The notes under the pieces were generated by a model that saw only the letters and a program-made list of their open reading frames with translations, was not told where the DNA came from and ran no database searches. A stretch of 64,000 nucleotides of DNA from Obrimoposthia wandeli (taxonomy: Eukaryota), in contig CDROCS010001369.1 in assembly GCA_977020255.1 (NCBI GenBank), forward strand, positions 248,001 through 312,000, read 5' to 3'. The stretch's first letter is position 1, and every line of letters starts with the position of its first letter. The position numbers were made by a program, and so were the translations under genes. Of this stretch, positions 53,392 through 63,599 are shown piece by piece.

Positions 53392-55242
53392 GTGTATAAT
53401 ACTATAAGACAAAGTCAGATTCCCCAGGAAGAGATAAATAATAATAAAGTTAACCGAATTGAACAGATTCCCCAAACAGATAACAAAGTAATAGAACAGA
53501 CTAGAGTCGAAGAAAACGTATCAGACAGAGACGTAAATCAATCAGCAGTTTCAACTGACAGTTTTGAGCTGACTGAGTTGTTTGGTGAAATAAACCCAGA
53601 AGAAATTGATAATATTGAAGTTCAAAACCCAGAAGAATTTGAAATTGCCAATCAAGTAGTGATTGAGGAAGTTCAAGCGAATAATATTGAAGAAATAGTT
53701 GAGGAGGATATAATTGAAAATATGGCTCACCCAGGAGCTCAAGCAGATAATAATGCAGGAAATAATGTAGGAGAAATGAATGCAGAACAGTTGGCACAAG
53801 CCTTAAATGCGACGTTGAGACCCAACTTTTCAGGATCATTGCAAGTTACAAAGTTTAAAGGAGATGAGGAAAGTATTTGTGACTTCCTCGCAGAATATTC
53901 GAGTTGTGCAGATGTTCAAGGATGGAACGATAAAGAAAAATGTGTCCGTGTACAGGCACACTTAACCGGATTAGCACTTGAAGTGTATAAACATTTGACA
54001 GAAGCAGAACGTTTAGATTGGGAAACGTTGGAAAATGCTTTTATTGGAAAATTGGTATTGGGAGACTTAGAGAGAATCATGAGAGAACGGAAACAGAAAC
54101 ATGACGAAGGCGTGAATGAATACGCGTATGTTTTGAGAACCTTGGCCGCAAGAGCGTACCCAAGAAGAATAATGAGAAATCTAGAAGGTAACCCTGTAGC
54201 TCCAGAAGCACAAGCAGCGGAAAATAACCGGAACCAAAATGAAATGGCAGAAGTTTTGTTAGACATATTTAGAGGAGGATTGAAAAAAGATATTAAAGTG
54301 TTATTAGCAGTATCAGACACAAATGATTTTGATAACGCCGTACGAAAGGCGAGAGAAATTGAGAAAAATATAAAAAATAACGCAGCATTGGCAATTTATT
54401 CAATGACCGCAGGTGATGACGATAAGACAAAGGTATTTGTGAATAAAACAGAACCGAGTAATTTTCAGAATCGAAATTATGGACAAAATAAGTTTGAAAA
54501 AGTAGATGAATCCAGTAACGGAAACAGAGATAATTTCCGAAGTAGGAATCGAGATGATTCGAGAGGTAGAAATAATAGTGAGTCTTGGAACAGGAATCGA
54601 GATGATTCAAGAGGTAGAAATAGTAATGATTCGTGGAATAGAAATAGAGATGATTCCAGGAATAGATTTAATAGAGATAATTCAGGAAATCGCCAACCTT
54701 GGAGAGGAGACGATAGGAATTACAACGCAAACAGAGGAGAGCGAAGTGACTCTCGATTTGGAAATAATAAAGGAAGTAGTGACGGAAGATTCAATAATCG
54801 AGGAAGCGGTTTTGAATCGAATTTCCGAAGAAATGATTTTAGAGGACGATATGATAACAGACAGAATAGTCGTCGAGTACAGTTCGAAGATGAACAAAAT
54901 AAGATAGATATTCGAGGGAGAATAATGTGTTACACGTGTAAACAAATAGGTCACTATTCAAGAGATTGTACGAGAAGTAAAGAGTTCGGAACTAACAGAT
55001 TTGGAAATAATAATTTCGGTAATAATAATTTTAGAAATAATTATAGAGGATATAATTCACCCCCGCCATGGAATAGAGGTGGTGGATATACTCCACAGCA
55101 ATGGAGACCGAATAATCAGTATACAGATAGACAACAGTCACCAGGTAGATACAATAACTATGCAGACAGACAGCAAGGAGCTGAGAGATACAATAATTAC
55201 GTAGGACAGCAAGGAGCTGAGAGATATAAAAAATTCCGGTAG
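53392..55242 (+). CDS. gag: Gag (capsid-like domain + RG/N/D-rich repeats + CCHC knuckle)
   Basis: FKGDEESICDFL..GWNDKEK..LTGLALEVY, RKQKHDEGVNEYAYVLRTLA, FRGGLKKDI, and knuckle CYTCKQIGHYSRDC (54928-54969). First ATG at 53719. Confidence 0.92.
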   Translation: MYNTIRQSQIPQEEINNNKVNRIEQIPQTDNKVIEQTRVEENVSDRDVNQSAVSTDSFELTELFGEINPEEIDNIEVQNPEEFEIANQVVIEEVQANNIEEIVEEDIIENMAHPGAQADNNAGNNVGEMNAEQLAQALNATLRPNFSGSLQVTKFKGDEESICDFLAEYSSCADVQGWNDKEKCVRVQAHLTGLALEVYKHLTEAERLDWETLENAFIGKLVLGDLERIMRERKQKHDEGVNEYAYVLRTLAARAYPRRIMRNLEGNPVAPEAQAAENNRNQNEMAEVLLDIFRGGLKKDIKVLLAVSDTNDFDNAVRKAREIEKNIKNNAALAIYSMTAGDDDKTKVFVNKTEPSNFQNRNYGQNKFEKVDESSNGNRDNFRSRNRDDSRGRNNSESWNRNRDDSRGRNSNDSWNRNRDDSRNRFNRDNSGNRQPWRGDDRNYNANRGERSDSRFGNNKGSSDGRFNNRGSGFESNFRRNDFRGRYDNRQNSRRVQFEDEQNKIDIRGRIMCYTCKQIGHYSRDCTRSKEFGTNRFGNNNFGNNNFRNNYRGYNSPPPWNRGGGYTPQQWRPNNQYTDRQQSPGRYNNYADRQQGAERYNNYVGQQGAERYKKFR

Positions 55243-55843
55243 ATATAATAATAATAATGTTGACAAGACAAATAGTCGCGAGAGTTCGCCGAAACCAAAA
55301 GGAAATTTTAGTTATGTAAACGATGACAGCGATAGGAATCGCGAGACCGAGCTTCGACGCGAAATAGATTTTGAGGATAGTGATAGTAAATTTGAACGTA
55401 TGTTGGGAATAATTAAAGATTCACCACATACAAAGATGGCGAATTCATCTACGTTGTCGAAACAAGAAAAAAGTCTACACTCGAGAGAAGAGATGAATGA
55501 TTTAATGAACCAAATACTAGAAGCGTATGAGACACCAATAGAGAAAACGTGTAACGCACAACCTATGACTGATCATGTAGAAGCAGCAAGAAATGCTACG
55601 AGTATGGAAAATGTAAAAAAGATAATTAGTGAAGCTAAGGAGACGTTGAATCAACCGTTAGATGAAACGAGTGAAGCTCCAGAAGTTTTGGCCAAATTGC
55701 AAACAATTAAAGTGCACCGATTGGAAGAAGTGCGAGCAGAATTGGTTAAACATAGTCATGATAACTTGGGTTACAAAGAAGTACCACGAGGATTATTGAA
55801 AGGATATGGTCGCTACGTACAGAGATCAAACCAAAAAGGAACG

Positions 55844-56065
55844 ATGAAAATTTCGCTTCGATTAATTTCCGGACAGATTATACATGAAAAACTTAACGTG
55901 TATCAAACAATGAAAACGATTCGAAAAAAGTTGGCAGAGAAACTTGAAATTGATGGAATGAATATGTTGTTCCATTATAAAGGGAGATCACTAGATGATG
56001 AGGACGTACCAGTCCAGTGTGGATATCCAATAGGAAATGAATTAGAGAAAAAATTGATGTCATCA
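55844..56065 (+). other. SUMO/ubiquitin-like domain in polyprotein
   Basis: MKISLRLISGQIIHEKL..LFHYKGRSLDDEDVPVQ..(shift)KIDV aligns by eye with SUMO INLKV..DGS..IRFRFDGQPINETDTPAQ..TIDV. Confidence 0.6.
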
Positions 56066-56574
56066 CTGTAGGACGCCAAGAGTTAGTAGATAATGAAGGA
56101 TTAACGGAGATATTAAACTCTGCGTTAGAAATGATAAAAACGCCTATAGAAATTTTAGACAGTTCAAGCGAAAGCGGAGATAACGATGTAGCTGAAGCTT
56201 GGAACAAGACATCCACACCAGAACCGTACGTAGCTGAATTACAAGACGTGAATTTAGAAAATGAGTTGACGACTCCAGTGGTCGAAGTACCACCAGAACC
56301 AGAGATAATTCAAATCAGACAAGATGAAGTCACGGATACAGCTAACCAAGTGAGACAAAACGAAAACGTAAACCAACTAGGAGGAGAAGACGAAATCTCC
56401 GAAATTGTAGATTTGGATTCACCAATTTGGCATGCTGCATACAAAGATAGACAAGCAGAGCCGATGATGCGACAAAATGAAGAGATTGGCCATGAAGAAG
56501 GACCAAGTCAAGAGATACAGTATAATGGTGAACCGTATGATCCAGGAGAGAATCAAACTGAGTATCAGTATTTT

Positions 56575-56601
56575 CGAAGAGGACCTGGAAGACCTAGAAA
56601 A
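56575..56601 (+). other. AT-hook motif
   Basis: RRGPGRPRK (GRP core flanked by basic residues). Confidence 0.75.
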
Positions 56602-56757
56602 GACGGAAGTATATTACGAAATGTTTTAACTGCACCACAAACTGATGAGGAGAGACATCTAAGCATTGGACAGTTAGCAGCGTCTTTAGAGCAGTATAGT
56701 GCAGAGAGGAATGAAGATATCAGAGGTGATATGAATTCGGAAACTCCAAGTAGTAAA

Positions 56758-57144
56758 GATATACTTACGGGAATTCTCAGGCAAGTGAAGCCGAAGTTGT
56801 TCAAAATGTACAAAGATGAAACAACCGATATAACAGACAATTTGACTAAAGCAGTTAGATCACAAATGTCTGCAGTAAAGAGAATGACTGCGAATCATGT
56901 ATACCATGCATCAATAGATAGATTTTACGACGGTGAAGTTTTAGCGAGATTGTGTGGAAACCATACTACAAATAAAAAGTTAATTACAGCGATCACATAC
57001 CTATGTTTCCAATTGACGGAACGAACGAGCCAACCTCACGAAGTCAAACAAGGAATAAATGAAGCGATGTATTTGATCGAGAATGTGTTACAAAGACGAA
57101 TTGACGAAAACGGAGGTTGGGCAAAATTAAGTGACTACGCTAAA
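56758..57144 (+). other. Bcl-2-like domain
   Basis: BH3-like ILRQ..KMYK..DITDNL, degenerate BH1 TNKKLITAITY, and BH2 VLQRRIDENGGWAKL (cf. Bcl-xL HLEPWIQENGGWDTF). Confidence 0.65.
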
Positions 57145-57246
57145 ACCATTGTGGAAATGAATGAAGACGATGACGAACAATGTCATGAGAATCGTCAAAG
57201 AGAAAATAAACAATACCGTCCAAAAGAAAGAAACAATCAACCAAAT

Positions 57247-59100
57247 ATGTCCACAACAATGATGATGATGATGTTAGTAATGTTCATGGGAATGCAACAG
57301 GCATCAGGATTGATAGCATACGACTGTAGCATACCAAAGATGGGACAAAAGTATTCACTGCTTGACAGCGAAGACTGTCCAGAATCACAACCGTCAAAAT
57401 TATAAGTTAAAGGTGTTGAAAACTACTTTGTGTATCAGGATGTTGATAAAGTACAAGTAGAAGTGAAAGAATGTTCAATCCATTCAAGTTATCACGAATT
57501 CTATTGTGGCCATAGAAGTTTTATGTCGGAAATCACACCTACCACACCGTACAAAGCACATAGGGTTTTGCCGAGAGATTGCGAAGACGCATTTCGAACA
57601 GGAACAATAGAAGTAGACAAGAATTACAAACCTGATGTAAAAATTGGAGTGAGACGATACGAAACAGTCACGAGAGTAGGACAACGATGGGCTGATGGAT
57701 CTTGTGACGGAGGAACAAAAAACGTACGTGGAACCAAAGTAACAGAGTTAGAAATGGACGTAACTTACAAAATTGAATTAAAAACATGGACTGCCAATTT
57801 TGATAAAAAGACACAACGAATGATGAAGTATCCAGAATGTAAAATGACAGATGAATCTTGTTTTACAGGCGAATCCACAATTGTGTATAACGTGAATCCG
57901 AAACAATGCTCTTTAGTATTTTTGAAAGAGATTAGCTTTAATAAAATAAAAGGATTCTTGTATAATAAAGATGGAGAAGGGTTCCTGTATAATAAAAAAG
58001 GAAAAGGATTGCTCAATGAAACAAGACCAATTCCTATGACAAAGACACCTACACTGTTAATGGCAACATCAACAGAAGAAGGATTGATATTTATTAAAAA
58101 GAGAAACAAAGCGCGATGCGGAATGACTGTTAGTACTACAAACTATCCTGGAATAGTTTTGTCCAAAGAAGCAATAGCATTGGCAGAAACCAAGCTAAAA
58201 CCTAGAGATATGCAGCTACACACGTATTTTATTAATAAAATTGATTTCTTATATCATAAAGGATTGATGCAAATGGAACAGTTATATCGGATGATGATCG
58301 AGAGAGATTGCCAGCTAAACAAAGAGATCGTAAGAACAAAGTTAGCATTAGCTATTACGAATCCAGACATGGTAGCACCATTATTACCCTTGGATGAAGG
58401 AGTATTTGCTAAAACCATGGGAGAAGTATTGTATACTTACAAATGTAATAAAGTAGAAGTACAGTTGAGAAAAACAGACTGATGTACGAGTGAATTGGCA
58501 GTAACGTATAATTTAAAAGAACTCTTTGTTGAACCAATCACGAGAATGATACTTCCAAAAGACACTCCAACTAAAGAAATCAGCTGCTCTAATATAATGG
58601 CACCTGAATATCAGATGACGAATGATCTATGGATAACGTTACCTGACCGAAAGCCAACGAAAACCCCAGCGATGATAAAAATGACGAATCTTAAAGGTAA
58701 AATGAAATTCGAAGCGGTAGAAAATATGGAGAACGCAGGATTGTACAATGAAAAAGACTTAAAAGCGGCATGGAACGAAATAATGTTTCCAGTAAAATGA
58801 GCCAGAGTACTTACGGAGATGGTACATCGAGCATTACCGCCAGGAGCTAGATATGCGAATTTCGATATGTTGTTATCGCCAAGTCATTTCAAGGAAGCAG
58901 CACATCAGACACTTAGAAAGATGTGGGGGAAATTCCTTGCTTTAGGACAATTATTTTCGGGTATCATAGGTATTTATGTTATAATTAAATTTGTGCAGGT
59001 AATTATAGCCCAGGTGTTATCTACGTATAGTCTATACAGGATAACCGGAATCACCTGGCAACTTATAATTGGATGTTTTCCATTTTTAGCGAAATATCTA
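57247..59100 (+). pseudogene. env: Envelope: chuvirus-like (class III-type) fusion glycoprotein with internal signal peptide; 3 in-frame stops
   Basis: Hydrophobic MMMMMLVMFMG..ASG|LIAYDC..SLLDSEDC, ECSI..YCGHRS, DGSCDG, INKIDFL..LY..DCQL..LAITNPD, GEVLYTYKC..VEV..CTSELAVT..LFVEPITRMI, GLY..DL..IMFP, MWGKF..GQLFSGIIGIYVIIK. This is the conserved motif string of Chuviridae G. Confidence 0.85.
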
Positions 59101-59460
59101 ATGCACCATCATCACGAGAACGAGTTGCGAGCCCTCAAGAAGGAGCAACATCAAACGAGAACCATGATGCGAGAACCAAGAAACTATCGAGACGACAACG
59201 ACGACGATAATGATAGCCCAGGAGTATATGCAAAGATACCAGGAAAACCAAAGATTCCGTTACCAGACAAGGAAGAAGTGGCGTTAAACCTATATCCAAT
59301 GAAGGAACTAAAGGAAGAGAAGGAAAAGTTCAAGAGAGGCATTTTAATGATAAGATGGCCTAAAGTGAGCTACAGTGAGATTCCACAAGCAGAGGAAAAA
59401 GACAAAAACGATAATTCCAGAAGAATTCTGAAGTCTAGGATATCAAATGAGAATCCAAAT

Positions 59461-59770
59461 GCTCTACCACAAGTAGCAGTAACATTGAACGGAAGAGAAT
59501 ATCTTGCCGAAGTTGATACTGGATCTGCAGTATCAGTACTTCGTAAAGAAATCTTGTCATCTAAAGAATTAAGAGAAGTATGTCCTAGAAAACAGACATT
59601 TGTTAACGTAAATGGTACAGATGTAGTGTCAGAAGGAACACTGAAATGTTCATTGAATATCGATGGAAGAGCATTGCAGTTAAATGCTAGAATATTCACA
59701 GATTGCGGTAGTCCAGTCATGATTGGGATGGACGTAATACGGATGTTTGAAGGAATAATTATATTACCAA
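59461..59770 (+). other. Aspartic protease 1 (retropepsin-like)
   Basis: VTLNGREYLAEVDTGSAVSVL (DTG 59515-59523) and C-terminal VMIGMDVI. Confidence 0.85.
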
Positions 59771-60000
59771 ACAACAAGAGTTATAAGAATGACAGTTCAG
59801 TGAGAGAGATAAAAATGTTGAGAGGACCTATAGTCGAAAAGGAAAAATACACTACGTTCCGTATGGGAAATTCGTATCAAGACAAAAAACAGGAAGCGCT
59901 AGTAAAGTCGATACTTCACTACAAAAATGTAAACCTCGGACCACAAGATATGACGAGGAGGAAAATAACATATGTGAATCTGTCAGAAAAGGATCCCATG

Positions 60001-60993
60001 AGATTCGAGAAAAATAGACGAAAAATATTAGAATTGTACTATTCAAAAGAAATTGCACGTAAAATGGCAAGATCAGGCTTAGAAATGCTAAACGCGACAA
60101 GTAGTTATGGTCATGAGGAAGTCGTACGATGCGTATGGTGTAGAGTAAAGTTTAGAGAGTGGGAAAAGAATGAAAACCCAATGAGACGTCATAAAAGAGA
60201 TGCACCAAATTGTCCATTTCTTTTGAAACTGAAAACTTCAAACGTACCAGAAATCCAAAAGGGAAAAGCGCCCGATTTCGATTACAGTGACGAGTTTCTA
60301 AAAGGAGAATCAGCTCTAATAGTAGGTAGAGTAATAACAAATAGCCGAATTGAAGATATATTCGAAGTTATGCGAGAAGTAAACGAATGTGACGAACAAT
60401 ATCGAGAATTAACTTTCGAAGATCCAAGACTTAAAAAATTGGCAAAAAAGGGACTTTTTGCTATAAAAAAGGATGGTAAAGACGTGATTAAATGCCACAA
60501 GTGTAAAAAAGAACGAATTATCGATAGATATACTCTTGAGCTACCTAAGAAAACCTTACATCATGAATTTTGCGAGTTTTGTATGTTAAAAAACAAAATA
60601 AAGCAAAAAGAACAGAAAACCGAATGTATAATCGAATACCAAATCACACGGAAAGAGATTTTGGCTCAACAAGACACACCGGTAATGTCATTCGTGAGAA
60701 GGTTATATCCAAAAGAAGCAGAAAGAATCAGAGATTTGGTAGAATTAAAAATAAAAACTACGCGAAACGGATACGGATCAATTTTTGAATTACTAAAAGA
60801 TAAAGATGACAGTACAATTGAAACAAAAGAGAAAGAGTACATAAATGAACTAGAATACGTACTAGAAGATCCGGAATGCGCAGTTTGCATGGTCAACAAA
60901 ATATAAGTTGCCTTTTTACCATGCGGACATGTAAGAACATGTCGGAGATGTGCGAAGGAAATGGTATCATGTCCGATTTGTCGAAGAATAATA
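60001..60993 (+). other. Inhibitor-of-apoptosis module: BIR + degenerate BIR + C3HC4 RING
   Basis: BIR1 MARSG..VRCVWC-x16-H-x6-CPFL with exact spacing (C60130, C60139, H60190, C60211). BIR2 EQYRELTF..LAKKGLF..DVIKCHKC. RING CAVCMVNKI*VAFLPCGHVRTCRRCAKEMVSCPICR (60877-60993; one stop). Confidence 0.92.
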
Positions 60994-61107
60994 GATCGAC
61001 AAGTGAGAAATATTAGATTTCACTATCCAAACAAAGGAAGTGGACCGACAGAGTGTAATAATTCAATAAATACAATATACCACATGGGAAACATAAATGG
61101 AGCACAG

Positions 61108-63599
61108 CGACCAGCAGCTATCATTAGAGTGAATAATTTAAGAGTAAAAGCCTTAATTGATACAGGTGCTGTAGCTTCGATAGTAAGTGAAGATTGTTTG
61201 ACAGAGGAACAGAAACGAACAATGGCAGAACCAGATGAATTCTTGGTATCGGTCAACGGAGACCCTGTAAAAGTGACGGGAATATTACCATGTACATTTA
61301 TAATTGGACGTAATACGATCACTATACCATTTAGAATCATGAAAGAATGTCCTGAACCTACAATTTTAGGAATGGATGTACTATCACAACTTAAAGGGAT
61401 AAGTATTGATTTACAAGATCCAAGATTGAAGGATAGCACATCAAACAGACAAATAAACCAAATTGATGTAATTATAGAAAATCCTATAAAAATCGGTAAA
61501 AGATCGCAATTTCTCATTCAAGGTCACACTTTATCAGAAGATAAAGGACCAGTTGTGTTCGAACCATCACGAGATTTCATAGAGAAATACGAATTACCAG
61601 TTGTGAGTACAGTATGCCTGATTGAAAACCACAAAATACCAGTTAGACTGATGAATACAACCAACAATGACATCCTATTATACAGAGGAATGAGGTTGGG
61701 AAAGATAGCACAGATGGAGAATCCCACTGTGTGTGCTATGAAACTCGATAAAGATACGAATGATTACGAAGAAATAGTAATCCAATCAGAAAGACTGACA
61801 ACTAGAGAAAAGAAACAATTACTTGATCTAATACATAAATTTCCGAAAGTAATTGCAAAAAATCCATATGACATAGGAGAAACACCTGTCATAAAACATA
61901 CAATACCACTGACAGAAGACAAAGTAGTCAGAAGAAGACCATATCGAGTACCATTACAGTTACAAGATGAAGTAAAAAGTCAGATTGAAGATATGTCTCA
62001 AACAGGAGTAATTAGACCGAGTTTTTCACCATTCTCAGCACCTGTGGTGTTGGTAAAAAAGAAGGATGGGAAAATGAGATTCTGTATAGATTTCAGAGAA
62101 CTGAACAAGATCACAAGAAAAGATGTGTATCCATTACCTAGAATCGAAGAGATGCTCGATAAATTTGGTAATTCAGATTATTTTACGACATTAGATTTGC
62201 AGAGTGGATACTGGCAAATCGAGATAGAGGAAGAGGATAAACACAAAACAGCCTTTTCCTGCGGAGATGGATTGTACGGATGCGAAAAGATGCCATTCGG
62301 ACTGACAGGAGCTCCAGCAACATTTCAGCGTTGCATGAATTTTGTACTCGCATCGTGTGCAAACACGATGGTTTATATCGATGACATAATAATATTTTCT
62401 AAAACGTTCGAAGAACATTTAAAATATCTTGAAGTTGTATTTAAAAGACTGGAAAACGCTAAATTAAAAGTTAAACCTACAAAATGCGAATGGGCTAAAG
62501 AGCGAGTAACATTTTTAGGACATATAGTATCGAAAGAAGGCATTCGACCTGATCCAGCAAAGATCGAGAAAGTAAAAGCACATTTAGCGCCAAAGACTGT
62601 TAAGGAAATACAGAGTTTTTTAGGTCTTGCGAACTATTATAGACGATTTGTTGAACATTTTTCAGATATAGCAACACCATTGAGAAAGTTGACGAGGAAA
62701 GATGAGAAGTTCATATGGGAGAAGAAGCACAACAAGCGTTCGAACATTTAAAAGAAATACTAATAAAAGCACCAATATTAGCGTTTCCAGATATAAACCG
62801 ACAATTCATACTAATGACAGATGCAAGTAACTATGCTGTAGGAGCAGTATTGGGACAAGAGGATGACGAAGGAAGAGAACACGTCATCGCGTATGCGAGT
62901 AGAGGATTAAACAGAGCCGAAAGAGGATACTCTGTTATTGAAAAGGAATGTCTAGCCATAGTGTATTCATGTAGACAGTACAGACACTACTTGCTAGGAC
63001 AAAAAGTATTCCTGTATACAGATCACAAACCACTACAGTTCTTATATAAACATAGAGATGAGATGAGTAGATTAAACAGATGGTTTCTAAAATTGGCCGA
63101 ATTCGATCTAGAAATCCATTATAGAACCGGAAAGTCGAATGGTAACGCAGATTGTTTGTCGAGATTGACAAATGTAGACGAGAAAGGAAACATAATTCCA
63201 GAAGAAGATGAAACCAACGACCAAAAAGGAGAAGCAAATCTACTAACGATTTTGCTGAAGACGGGTAAAATAGACAAAGAGATCATCAAAGAACAGAAAG
63301 AAGATGAAGAATTGAGTCTAATCAAAGAACTGTTGGTGAAAGGAGATCTAAACGATGAAATGACGAAAAAATACTCGATAAAAGAAGGAATCTTGTATAT
63401 TGTCAACAATGTCGGAAAGATAGTAGTAGTAATTCCGAAGTCATTGAAGACAGCAGTAATGATCCAGTACCACGATGGAACCTTAGGAGGACATCTGTCA
63501 GGGCGAAAGACAATAGCCAGAATCAAAGAGAAGTACCATTGGGATGGTATGGAAGACGACATAAAACAATGGTACTATGGAACTAAATGGTATTACTAA
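61108..63599 (+). pseudogene. pol: Pol: protease 2, RT, RNase H, N-terminal integrase; one frameshift, integrase core missing
   Basis: ALIDTGA (61159), RFCIDFRELN, LDLQSGYWQI, MPFGLTGAPATFQ, YIDD (62374). Shift at ~62718, then TDASNYAVGAVL, YASR, EKECLAIV, TDHKPL, NADCLSR, YHDGTLGGH..YHWDGM, after which homology breaks at ~63570. Confidence 0.95.

Noticed and set aside
56131-60993. Alternative genetic code or stop readthrough as the explanation of the in-frame stops
   Set aside because: Both TAA and TGA occur, only four times in ~2,200 codons, and other elements here show ordinary decay. Point mutation is simpler.
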